NCBI GenBank assembly: GCA_043806635.1
Contig: JAZDGT010000033.1
Location: forward strand, 24,336 to 88,335
Reading direction: 5' to 3'
Source of the DNA: Methanobacteriota archaeon
GTDB lineage: Archaea; Thermoplasmatota; E2; DHVEG-1
DNA: 64,000 nucleotides
Positions 40,087-49,242 of the stretch are shown piece after piece (the first letter of the stretch is position 1; every line of letters starts with the position of its first letter). The notes below the pieces were generated by a model. It searched no databases. It was not told where the DNA came from and saw only the letters and a list, made by a program, of their open reading frames with translations. The translations under genes and the position numbers were made by a program.

Positions 40087-40158
40087 ATGGCTACAAAATT
40101 GAAACGACTGGAAAGGAAGCATAAAAAAAACAAAAGGAAACGCAGAATGGCAAGATGA
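40087..40158 (+). CDS. 23-aa highly basic peptide (eL41-like composition)
   Basis: MATKLKRLERKHKKNKRKRRMAR; AGGTGA RBS just upstream; tttattaa box at about 40019. Confidence 0.55.
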   Translation: MATKLKRLERKHKKNKRKRRMAR

Positions 40159-40221
40159 ACGGGGAAAGTCGGAGAGAAAAAGTAGACTGATTCCATTTCT
40201 ACACTATTACTCCCACGTCCC

Positions 40222-41433
40222 TCATAACTTTTCGTGTTTTTTGTTCCACTCGTATATCTTTTCTCTCTCTTTAAGCTGTTTTTTCAATCTCTCAACATCG
40301 ATACCATTGTAAACATCTATTGTTTTTCCTGCAACGTTATCCCAAGTAAAAAGTTCTATTTCCTGTTTTCCGTTTTCCGCTAGTGTTTTTCTTAAAGATT
40401 CATATCGTAGTAATGATACGATCTTGCTTGCTATCTCGTCAGAATCCCAGAAATCAACCTTTATACAGTTTTTGAAAGTCTCGCATACACCAGCGGTTTT
40501 AGAAGCAATCGTTGGCGTACCAGCAGAAATAGCCTCAAGAGCCGTGATACCAAAGGGCTCACTCATACTAGGCATAACGTACACACTAGAAATTCCATAA
40601 ATATGTTTAACTTCCTCTTCAGTTAAACGTCCTGTGAAAATAACTCGGTTTGAAATACCCAGGTCTACGGCCTGATTAATCAAACGTGGTAGCATATCCC
40701 CTGCGCCTGCAACAACAAAACACACATCAGGTTCATAATCCAATACCTTTCTAGCAGCTTTCAAGAAAAACTCGGCTCCTTTTTGGATTGTGAGACGACC
40801 TAAAAACAAAACGATTTCTTGTTTTTTGCCTTCAGGAATAGGGTACACAGCGTTATGTACAACACTGATTATATCGGGATTTATACCATATTTTTCAACG
40901 ATCACACGTTTGGTGAAATGACTCACAGCAATTATTCTATCTGCTTTTTCCATACCTTTTCTTTCTAAATCAATAAACCATTGATTAGGATGAAGCCAGC
41001 CACTTCGGTCATATTCAGTAGAATGAATCGTAAGAACCATGGGAACGCCCATTTCTTCTTTTAAAATCGTAGCTGCTTCCATTGTGAGCCAATCATGAGC
41101 ATGAATAAAATCGAATTTACCTTCAGCTTTTGCAATTGCTTTAACTTTTGCAACAACAAGTTGGTTATATCTATGAACTGCTTCAAAAAAATTACCAGCT
41201 AATGCTTTATCTTCTGGCCGATCATAGGGGAAAATCTCTGTTTCTCCAACTTCTTTTATCAAGAGATTTGGTTGGTTACTATTCGCTGATTGTTTTGTTT
41301 TAGGCATAAAAAAGTATACTTTCACGTTCTTATCAGCTAGACTTCGGGTGAGTCCCTCGCAATGCGTAGCAAGACCGCCCGCTTTGAACGGTGGATATTC
41401 CCAGCCAATCATTGCTATTCTCATATCTATCAT
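40222..41433 (-). CDS. GT4 glycosyltransferase (glycogen synthase-like)
   Basis: WEYPP..GGL, HAHDWLT, HSTEYDR, EPFGITALEA. Confidence 0.9.
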   Translation of the reverse strand: MIDMRIAMIGWEYPPFKAGGLATHCEGLTRSLADKNVKVYFFMPKTKQSANSNQPNLLIKEVGETEIFPYDRPEDKALAGNFFEAVHRYNQLVVAKVKAIAKAEGKFDFIHAHDWLTMEAATILKEEMGVPMVLTIHSTEYDRSGWLHPNQWFIDLERKGMEKADRIIAVSHFTKRVIVEKYGINPDIISVVHNAVYPIPEGKKQEIVLFLGRLTIQKGAEFFLKAARKVLDYEPDVCFVVAGAGDMLPRLINQAVDLGISNRVIFTGRLTEEEVKHIYGISSVYVMPSMSEPFGITALEAISAGTPTIASKTAGVCETFKNCIKVDFWDSDEIASKIVSLLRYESLRKTLAENGKQEIELFTWDNVAGKTIDVYNGIDVERLKKQLKEREKIYEWNKKHEKL

Positions 41434-41716
41434 TACTCCGTTGGGGTTCTTTGTTCGAGGGTAGAATTTTAATTCTCATTCAACCTCTCACGACGTTCCC
41501 CCAAATTTCACAATTATTAAAATATAGATCTTTTGATCTCTTATTTTTGATATAAAATTCCATCAATAGGTTGCTTGATAGGTATATATCAATAAATAGC
41601 GTCTTCTGAATCTATTATTTAATATTTTTTCCTCCTAAAAAGGAGATTTGGACGACATAATCGTCCTTGATATTTTTTTATCTCATTTTCTTAGTTTTCA
41701 GCGTTAAATGCGGAAT

Positions 41717-41839
41717 TCATCCATCCGCTCTTGTAAATATTGCTCTTCGGAAGTCATCTGCGTCCAATGATTGAAGTCGTTTTCGATTCCTCCAGTTCAT
41801 GTCTGTTTCAAAGTTTGTAAATTCTCTGTCCATATTCAT
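41717..41839 (-). CDS. Putative 40-aa small protein
   Basis: MNMDREFTNF..; aggtga RBS upstream. Confidence 0.4.
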   Translation of the reverse strand: MNMDREFTNFETDMNWRNRKRLQSLDADDFRRAIFTRADG

Positions 41840-41956
41840 TGATTTCACCTGTCCTTTCCGAAGTTTGTCGGATGATAGTAGTATGCAGTAGGCAGTATAT
41901 ATCATTGTGTACAAGGACATATAAGTACGTAAAATGATTACATTTTTGTGTAATGT

Positions 41957-42115
41957 ATGGATAAAAGAATTAGAATGAACATATCTGTGACAAAGGAAGA
42001 AAATGCACTCATCAAGAAACTCGCGAAGGAAGAAGAACGACCATATAGCAGACAAATAGTGTACATGATGAATTTCTACATAAAAAACAATAAATTAAGC
42101 AGGAAAATGAGGTGA
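41957..42115 (+). CDS. Ribbon-helix-helix DNA-binding protein (not in ORF track)
   Basis: MDKRIRMNISVTKEENALIKKLAKEEERPYSRQIVYMM.. fits the RHH pattern. Confidence 0.7.
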   Translation: MDKRIRMNISVTKEENALIKKLAKEEERPYSRQIVYMMNFYIKNNKLSRKMR

Positions 42116-42121
42116 AATAAT

Positions 42122-42397
42122 ATGGTAAAATGTGAAGAATGTGGTAAGAAATTAAGTATTTTACAAGGGTATCGTCACCCCGCATTAGGAACAAGGTTTT
42201 TAGTATGTGGAAAATGTTTCTATAAAATAGACGAAAGTATGAAACGATGGAGCAAGTTTTGTCTATTAGATTCATTCAACTCAGAATCATCCAAGATTGA
42301 CATCCGAGAGGCATGGAATACAAGTATATCAAACGACCTCCAGTTACAAAAATGGTTTAACAATCTTTGGGTTAAAAAAGATCTCAGGTGCTTGTAG
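42122..42397 (+). CDS. Zn-ribbon small protein
   Basis: CEECG..CGKC; gaggtga RBS. Confidence 0.65.
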   Translation: MVKCEECGKKLSILQGYRHPALGTRFLVCGKCFYKIDESMKRWSKFCLLDSFNSESSKIDIREAWNTSISNDLQLQKWFNNLWVKKDLRCL

Positions 42398-42504
42398 AAT
42401 AAGATATGAAACCCCTTAGGGTTTTTATCATGATTTCATTTATACATTCCTGAAATTTTGAGATTGACAACATCCACTTTCATATCAAAAAAATAAAAAA
42501 ACTC

Positions 42505-42568
42505 CTCAGCAGATAGACGATCATCAAATGTGTCACCAAATATGAGTCAGAATCTCTCTCCTCCCGCG
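42505..42568 (+). repeat. Cassette-end motif copy D
   Basis: ctcagcagata..caaatgtgtcaccaaatatgagtcagaatctctctcctcccgcg. Confidence 0.8.
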
Positions 42569-42718
42569 TATAAATGATATGATTAAGAAAAGTTCTTGAA
42601 AAAAGAATACTTGTCGATAAAAAAATGAATTTAATACGCTGTGGAAGGTCTATTAATCCTCTGAGAAAATTATTTAAAACAGAATAAACTCTTTTTTCAG
42701 GACTATAGTTAGAATGGA

Positions 42719-43810
42719 GTGAGATACATGTCGCGATTCATTAAAAAGGGCTCTCAGAACATCGGTCTAATACCGGGTGAACTTATCCATATAGGGCAAA
42801 GAAAAACTGAGAAAACGAGAATTACCGTCATTGATTATGATGCGGGGACTTTAAAAGAGAAAGAAATTAAAAAAGTTGAAGAATGCTTTCCATTTAAAGA
42901 GAAACCCACCGTTACTTGGATAAATGTTGATGGTATCCATCAAGTAGATATCATCGAGAAGATCGGCACTCATTTTGGTCTCCACCCGTTGATTTTAGAG
43001 GATATTTTGAATACCGAGCAGCGACCGAAAATGGAGGATTTTGAGAATTACATTTTTGTGGTTCTGAAGATGTTGTATTATAATGAAAAAGACCAGGAGG
43101 TTTGTGCTGAACAAGTGAGTATTATCTTGGGATCAAATTTTGTGCTATCGTTCCAGGAGCAAGAAGGTGATGTTTTTAATCATATTCGTGAGAGAATCCG
43201 GAATAACAAAGGACGAATTCGGAAAATGGCGTCTGACTATCTAGCATACTCGCTTATAGACGCGATTGTTGACAATTATTTTATTATTTTAGAGAAAATT
43301 GGTGAAAAAATAGAAGAAATGGAGGATACGGTCGTGTCCCATCCAACACCTGAGATACTTCAGACTATCCACACGTTAAAAGGTGAGATGATTTTTATAC
43401 GAAAATCTATTTGGCCTCTACGCGAAGTAATCAGTGGGTTACAACGAGCGGAATCTAACCTTATTCACGACACAACAGCGATATATTTACGAGATGTCTA
43501 TGACCATACTATTCAAGTGATAGATACCGTTGAAACATTTCGTGATACAATTGCTGGTTTACTTGATATTTATATCTCAAGTGTGAGTAATAAGATGAAC
43601 GAAGTGATGAAGGTCCTGACAATTTTTGCTGCAATATTTATTCCTCTTACGTTTGTTGCAGGATTGTATGGGATGAATTTCAACCCGGAAAAAAGCCCGG
43701 TGAATATGCCTGAGCTGAACTGGTTTTTTGGGTATCCTTTCGCTTTGAGTATAATGCTCATCATCAGTATTATTATGTTGATATATTTCAGAAGGAAAAA
43801 ATGGCTCTGA
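42719..43810 (+). CDS. corA: Magnesium/cobalt transporter CorA
   Basis: LHPLILEDI.NTEQRPK, YGMNF, MPEL. Confidence 0.95.
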   Translation: MRYMSRFIKKGSQNIGLIPGELIHIGQRKTEKTRITVIDYDAGTLKEKEIKKVEECFPFKEKPTVTWINVDGIHQVDIIEKIGTHFGLHPLILEDILNTEQRPKMEDFENYIFVVLKMLYYNEKDQEVCAEQVSIILGSNFVLSFQEQEGDVFNHIRERIRNNKGRIRKMASDYLAYSLIDAIVDNYFIILEKIGEKIEEMEDTVVSHPTPEILQTIHTLKGEMIFIRKSIWPLREVISGLQRAESNLIHDTTAIYLRDVYDHTIQVIDTVETFRDTIAGLLDIYISSVSNKMNEVMKVLTIFAAIFIPLTFVAGLYGMNFNPEKSPVNMPELNWFFGYPFALSIMLIISIIMLIYFRRKKWL

Positions 43811-44123
43811 TCTTTTATGTATGCCGTAGAAGAAAATAGAACATGGGCGTGAATGCTATCGCGGAGTTCATATTTTTCTCCTCGGACTTTTTCTTGTTAT
43901 TTCGATAAAAAGTAGTACTATTTCTTTTAGATTTTCGTAAATGGTGACCCATTCACAGGCCAGGTATCATTCATCGATGACCGCGTATCATTCCAGGCGT
44001 ACGTCCCATTATTGGGTTGAGTATTTTGTTGTATCTCAGTACGGAATAAAAATCAGATTTACTCAAATAATCACCCTGGTCTTACCATTTCAGCTGCGGC
44101 GTAATGGTATTAACGATTTTTTG

Positions 44124-45995
44124 TTAGGTATGATGTCTGATTTTTACTGCTTCCCCATGGGTTGATGTTTTTATTTCTTGTCCGTTCATCTGAGCAACAC
44201 CAACACCGAGTAGGGTGTGATGCTGGTTGATGACGATGACTTCGTCTCCGATACGAAGCAGGTCATCCGCGTCTTTCACCCCTGGTGCAAGCAGGGATCC
44301 TTTAAGGGTGACATCATCGTAGGCTTCCACCCAAGATATTTTAGAGTCGAGGAGTCGCTCTGCGCCCGCAAGCGTGAGGGAGATCATTCCTCGTTCAGGG
44401 GTGAGCATCCCGATTTGTTTCTTCTCGGAGAAGAGTTTCAGGTATGGGTATTTCCCAGTGATTACACCGTTAGAGAAGAGTTTCTGTGCAGGTTTTCTCC
44501 CAAATTGATATGACGCAAACGTTTCCATGTTTTCAAGTACACGAATCGATGATGACACTTGTTTGTAGGAGAGAGTCGCATCAGTTAAATTTTTGAGCAG
44601 GCTTTGGAGTGACGCATCGGATGTTGGAGTGTCGATACAAGTGATGAGTGGATCTGGGAGGAGATCAAGGATGAACTCTTGAAGACTGGAGGGGAGATGA
44701 ACAAGGATTTTCTCATACTTGTTATATTCTAAATACTGTTGAAGAAGGGTTCGAATCATCTTTTTTTCGTCCTCATCCCAATGGCCAGTCACTGGGATAT
44801 CATAGGAGGAAGCCGGGTACATGAGTTCGAGCTCCCGCGGAACGAGTCCTAGGGGTGAGGTCAGGATTACCTCGTGGACGACAGCAGGGTTTTGTATGGA
44901 GAATAGTTGCTCTCGGAAGCGGGTATGCGTTTTTGAGAATGAGTAGGGTTTTTTTGCGGAGCAAGGGAGAAGGAGTAACACTTTTGTACTCGGTGGTTTT
45001 CGATACCGGTCGAGTACGCGGTCTTGAAACCGGTGTATCTCCGGCCGACACAAAGATTCTTTCGTGGTGGCGATGAGCTGGCTTTTCCGTGTGATTGGTA
45101 TTCGTTCCTCAAGAAAAGGGTAATAATTAAGATCTAGGGTCCTGAGTATCGCGGTGTGTTCAGGGTTTGTCCGTACTCGTGTTTCCACAAGCTCACGTAG
45201 GGAGCCCTGATTGATCGCGTTTCGGACTTTTTTCAGTTCAGTGAACAACGCATAGTAGTTATGCTGTAAGATTTGTGTGAACGTCATCGTTGTTGGGTCG
45301 CCTTTCACATTCTGACATATGGGGCAATGACAGGGGAGCTCCGGTATCTCTGTTGTTTTTTGATGACCGGTGGAAAAAAAAAGTAAGTGGTTTCGAGCAG
45401 CTAGAAATGCGGTGGTTGAATCCAGGAGGTCTACTCCGAGGTAGGTGAGAAGCGCTAGGTTTGTCGGATCACCTATGCTGGGGAGGTACAAGAGTTTTTG
45501 ATATCCGATGCCTGCTCGTACTTGTGTAAGATACTCAGCGAATGCTGAGTGGTGGGAGAGCAGTTGTGCTGCGTTGGCAACAATGAACACCTGCGCGGGG
45601 TTGTCTTGTACTGCCTCGGATATGATGTCGATGTTCCCCGGGATGATACTGATTGATGTTTCTGTTTTTTTATTTTTTTGGATCGCCTGGTGATGAACCT
45701 CTTTGGGTATATCTCGGGGGTAGATGAGGTACTGAGTGAGTGATTCGTCTACTGTTTTCTTTGATGGTTCTGGTGAGAAGATGCTTCCGAGGACGTGTAT
45801 CGCTGGTTTCTCATGTTTTTCGTTATCATTTGTGAGGAGAAGATCAGCGAACTCAGGACTCGGGCATCTAGACGTATGCACAAACGCAATAGATGGTGTT
45901 GTAATCGATGTAGTATTCAGAGTCAGGTTTCCGATTCTCGCAGGTCCATCTCGTTTCAATACACTGTACTGCATAGGCGTTTTCAAGAAAGACAT
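44124..45995 (-). CDS. arcS: Archaeosine synthase ArcS (TGT-like N-terminus, PUA C-terminus)
   Basis: RDGPARIG, LLPCSAKKPYS.S.TH, TSPLGLVPRELE, PUA domain. Confidence 0.85.
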   Translation of the reverse strand: MSFLKTPMQYSVLKRDGPARIGNLTLNTTSITTPSIAFVHTSRCPSPEFADLLLTNDNEKHEKPAIHVLGSIFSPEPSKKTVDESLTQYLIYPRDIPKEVHHQAIQKNKKTETSISIIPGNIDIISEAVQDNPAQVFIVANAAQLLSHHSAFAEYLTQVRAGIGYQKLLYLPSIGDPTNLALLTYLGVDLLDSTTAFLAARNHLLFFSTGHQKTTEIPELPCHCPICQNVKGDPTTMTFTQILQHNYYALFTELKKVRNAINQGSLRELVETRVRTNPEHTAILRTLDLNYYPFLEERIPITRKSQLIATTKESLCRPEIHRFQDRVLDRYRKPPSTKVLLLLPCSAKKPYSFSKTHTRFREQLFSIQNPAVVHEVILTSPLGLVPRELELMYPASSYDIPVTGHWDEDEKKMIRTLLQQYLEYNKYEKILVHLPSSLQEFILDLLPDPLITCIDTPTSDASLQSLLKNLTDATLSYKQVSSSIRVLENMETFASYQFGRKPAQKLFSNGVITGKYPYLKLFSEKKQIGMLTPERGMISLTLAGAERLLDSKISWVEAYDDVTLKGSLLAPGVKDADDLLRIGDEVIVINQHHTLLGVGVAQMNGQEIKTSTHGEAVKIRHHT

Positions 45996-46028
45996 CCCCC
46001 TATTTAAAACACGATTCCCTGAGACTCG

Positions 46029-47579
46029 TTAATGTCTGAAGTAGCGTTGCCCGGAAAACACCATTATGACTCCGTGTTCATCCGCAGCCTGGATTACTTC
46101 ATCATCGCGGATGCTTCCCCCTGGTTGGATTACGGCTTTTACTCCTGCCTCAGCGGCGACATCCACGGTGTCACGGAATGGGAAGAACGCATCACTCGCC
46201 ATTATTGAGCCCTGGATGTTTTCTTTCCCTTTATGGGTAGCTATCCAGGTGGCGTCGACTCGTGAGGTTTGTCCGCCTCCGATCGCAACCGTCTGTGTTC
46301 CTTTGACAAAGAGTACGGAGTTGGATTTCACGTGTTTCACGCATTTCACGGCGAACAGCATAAAGTCCAGGTCTTCTTTTGATGGTTTCTTTTTCGTAAC
46401 GATCTTCCATGTTTTAGGATTAGTGAACCAGACGTCTCGTTCTTGGCTCAGGAAACCGCCGACGACACTACGGAATTCAACACCGGTTCTTGAAACAGGT
46501 TTGTCTAACCCGGGTAATCTCAGTAAGCGCAGGTTTTTTTTCTCCTTAAAAACAGATAGTGCTTCTTTCGTGTATTTTGGTGCGATAATGACTTCTAAAA
46601 AGTATGGGGCGAGTTCTCGCGCTACTTCTTTGGGTACTTCTCGGTTGAATGCGACGATACCGCCGAATGGAGAATAGATGTCAGTGGCATACGCGTTTTT
46701 CCATGCCTGTAAGAGTGTTGGTACTGAGGCGATACCGCAGGGTGTCGCATGTTTAATGATGACGCAGGTCGGCGTGGTGAATTCTTTGATGCATTCGATG
46801 GCGCAGTCTGAGTCGAGGATGTTGTTGTAGGAGAGTTCTTTCCCATGGAGTTGTTGTGCGGTGGTGATACATGGTTCAGTGGTAGGGGGGAGTGCTTGGT
46901 AGAACGCTGCTTGTTGATGCGGGTTTTCCCCATAGCGAAGATCCTGGTTTTTCCGCATCGTAATCGTGTTGTCCTTGGGGAGCTGTTCATCGGTCCATTG
47001 TCTCCTGAAATAGTGGGTGATGAGGGCATCGTATTGTGCGGTATGGGTGAATGCCTCAAGAGCGAGTTGTTTCCGCTGTGTAAGAGGAATATCTTTTTTT
47101 GATTGAATCACCTTAATGAAACAGGGATACTGCTGCGGATTGGTGAGAACAATCACATCAGGGTAGTTTTTTGCTGCTGCTCGTATCAGGGTCGGCCCGC
47201 CGATATCAATGTTTTCCACTGCATCCTCAAGGGTGACTCGGGGTTGAGCTATAGTGTGTTCAAAAGGGTACAGGTTACAGACGACGATATCAATCAGTTG
47301 AATCTCATGTTTTTTCAACGTGGTCATATGGGTTTTTTTCTTTCGTTGAGCGAGGATTCCTGCGTGAACCTTCGGGTGAAGGGTTTTCACGCGACCATCA
47401 AGCATCTCAGGGAACCCAGTCAGCGTGGATATTTCGATAAAAGAGATTTTTGCTTTGCGTAATACGCTTGCGGTGCCTCCAGTGGAGATGATCTCAATAC
47501 CCTGTTTGGATAACGTCCGTGCTACGTCAACAACACCGGTTTTATCAGAGACACTAATCAACGCTCGCTTCAGTTTCAT
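46029..47579 (-). CDS. purH: Bifunctional AICAR transformylase/IMP cyclohydrolase
   Basis: ALISVSDKTG, GRVKTLHP, IDIGGP, LRYGENPHQ, SDAFFPF, QPGGS. Confidence 0.96.
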   Translation of the reverse strand: MKLKRALISVSDKTGVVDVARTLSKQGIEIISTGGTASVLRKAKISFIEISTLTGFPEMLDGRVKTLHPKVHAGILAQRKKKTHMTTLKKHEIQLIDIVVCNLYPFEHTIAQPRVTLEDAVENIDIGGPTLIRAAAKNYPDVIVLTNPQQYPCFIKVIQSKKDIPLTQRKQLALEAFTHTAQYDALITHYFRRQWTDEQLPKDNTITMRKNQDLRYGENPHQQAAFYQALPPTTEPCITTAQQLHGKELSYNNILDSDCAIECIKEFTTPTCVIIKHATPCGIASVPTLLQAWKNAYATDIYSPFGGIVAFNREVPKEVARELAPYFLEVIIAPKYTKEALSVFKEKKNLRLLRLPGLDKPVSRTGVEFRSVVGGFLSQERDVWFTNPKTWKIVTKKKPSKEDLDFMLFAVKCVKHVKSNSVLFVKGTQTVAIGGGQTSRVDATWIATHKGKENIQGSIMASDAFFPFRDTVDVAAEAGVKAVIQPGGSIRDDEVIQAADEHGVIMVFSGQRYFRH

Positions 47580-47610
47580 TACTCTTACCCAGTACGCATA
47601 TATGCCGGAC

Positions 47611-48396
47611 TCATAAACGTTTGGGTTTTTTACTGGTTTTTTCTTGTTCTACCGCTTCTTTGAGGCTGATGTTCCCGTGGAGGACTTTGAGTGCGGTTTT
47701 TTCAGAGATAGAGTATTGTCCCTCAGTGAGTTGTCTGCTGTGTTTCTGGATGTTCCTGATGGCTCCTTTTGTGGGGTGGAGAGGAAGCTTTTTTTGTACC
47801 TTCCCACCGGATATGAGAGCGATGGCTGCGGCGGCTTCCTTATCTTTTTCCATCCGTCGAGTTTGATGCGAGGGCGTTGTCTTGGTTTCGTCAACAATCT
47901 GGATGGGTATCGCGAGGGGGATGAGTGAGTTTATGATCCAGTTGCGTATCAGTTGCGATCCATGGCCGATGCGGATTATGGTTTCGAGTGAGGGGTATTC
48001 TCTCAGGAATCGTTTTATGAGTGGTGTTACTTGTTCTGGTGCATCAACCTGGGTTTTTTGTAGGAGTATATCATCGCCGATGATGGCGATACCGGGTCGT
48101 TCTCCTGGGTCGATTCCGATGAACACTTTAGTGTATAAGTCTTTTCCAATAAGCATCTGTAAGGCAAGATCAACCGCATGATCTAAGGAGTCGTATACGT
48201 CTGCCGCAATCGCTTTCTGCGTTTTTTTGATATCATGTAGTTCTTGATGCGAGGTGATGATGACGCCGACACCACTGGGGATATGTTGTAGAGACGATAA
48301 TGATACGTAGGCGATCCCTCGTCGTCTCAGCACCTTTAACAGGTCATGGTAGAGAGAGAAATCCTGGGTGTACACCCCCATGGTTTTCATCATCAA
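47611..48396 (-). CDS. Hypothetical protein with RNase H-fold (YqgF/RuvC-like) motif
   Basis: IGIDPGERPGIA, VDETKTT, DKEAAAAIA. Confidence 0.65.
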   Translation of the reverse strand: MMMKTMGVYTQDFSLYHDLLKVLRRRGIAYVSLSSLQHIPSGVGVIITSHQELHDIKKTQKAIAADVYDSLDHAVDLALQMLIGKDLYTKVFIGIDPGERPGIAIIGDDILLQKTQVDAPEQVTPLIKRFLREYPSLETIIRIGHGSQLIRNWIINSLIPLAIPIQIVDETKTTPSHQTRRMEKDKEAAAAIALISGGKVQKKLPLHPTKGAIRNIQKHSRQLTEGQYSISEKTALKVLHGNISLKEAVEQEKTSKKPKRL

Positions 48397-48454
48397 GGGT
48401 ATTCATCGTTTATGAAGATTATAATTGTTTTGTACTCGGGTCTAGGTCATGGTT

Positions 48455-49177
48455 TTAGTGGAGTAAGAAATAGGGGAGTCGTTGGAGTATTGCGACGGTG
48501 AGTATGAGCGCGAGGATGAATAAGACCGCCCAGATGATCCCGTTCCACTGGATCACTTTTTTCCCGTCAAGGGAACCTAGGGGGAGGAGGTTGAATGTTG
48601 CGAGTAGCGCGTTCACGAGGCAGACAAAACCCACCATTCTCCCAAGGAACCCTGATTCGAAAAACACGATCGTGTAGAGGGGGTAGGCGATGAGAGCGAT
48701 AATGATGTTTGCTGATGATCCGGCGGCAGCGATCTTCCCCATCTCGAAAGGCCGTGTTTCCCCTCGGAACATGACTGCTCCCGGAGCAGCGAACACGACA
48801 CCGGTGACCACCGCTAGGATGATGGAGAGAAGGAGTCCTGCGGGGAACATGCGGAATTCGGACCATAACCCGTATTTCTGCGCCATGAATTTATGAGAAA
48901 GCTCATGAATGAGAAACGCAGTTAATAACGCGAGAAACGAGATTGGTAATGAATAGAGCCATGCTTGCGGGTTGAACTGGCCGAAAAGCAGCCGACTCTG
49001 CGACAAGGGAAAGGAGAACGCAAGGGTGAGCACACCCATTGCTACCGTAATATGAATGATTTCTGTTTTACTGAACTCCCCCGGCTTCCCCATCTCAAGT
49101 GTTGCTTTTGGGAAGTACATGTACTCCCGAGGCGGGATATCCTGCAGGGAAGGGTATGTTTTTCGTTGTTCCTCCAC
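48455..49177 (-). CDS. Site-2 (M50) membrane metalloprotease
   Basis: HELSH, FAAPGA, FNLLP.G.LDG. Confidence 0.9.
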   Translation of the reverse strand: MEEQRKTYPSLQDIPPREYMYFPKATLEMGKPGEFSKTEIIHITVAMGVLTLAFSFPLSQSRLLFGQFNPQAWLYSLPISFLALLTAFLIHELSHKFMAQKYGLWSEFRMFPAGLLLSIILAVVTGVVFAAPGAVMFRGETRPFEMGKIAAAGSSANIIIALIAYPLYTIVFFESGFLGRMVGFVCLVNALLATFNLLPLGSLDGKKVIQWNGIIWAVLFILALILTVAILQRLPYFLLH

Positions 49178-49242
49178 GAAACCTCCTTATCCCTTTTTCG
49201 CTTATGAACATTTTGCGTCTACAAAAAAATAGTTGCTTTTTT

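Larger units (their letters stand above)
26655..42568. mobile_element. Tandem array of four cargo units downstream of tRNA-Ser
   Basis: Degenerate tRNA-Ser 3'-end copies with a conserved upstream motif end at 28577, 34661, 39938 and 42568; no integrase. Confidence 0.7.

Noticed and set aside
26571..42568. CRISPR array or classical integron attC sites
   Set aside because: Repeats are kilobases apart with no cas genes, and they end in tRNA sequence rather than showing a clear RYYYAAC..GTTRRRY attC structure; no intI present.
44124..45995. Calling this gene the tRNA-guanine transglycosylase tgtA
   Set aside because: It lacks the catalytic DSG motif and has the PCSxxKPY motif typical of ArcS.
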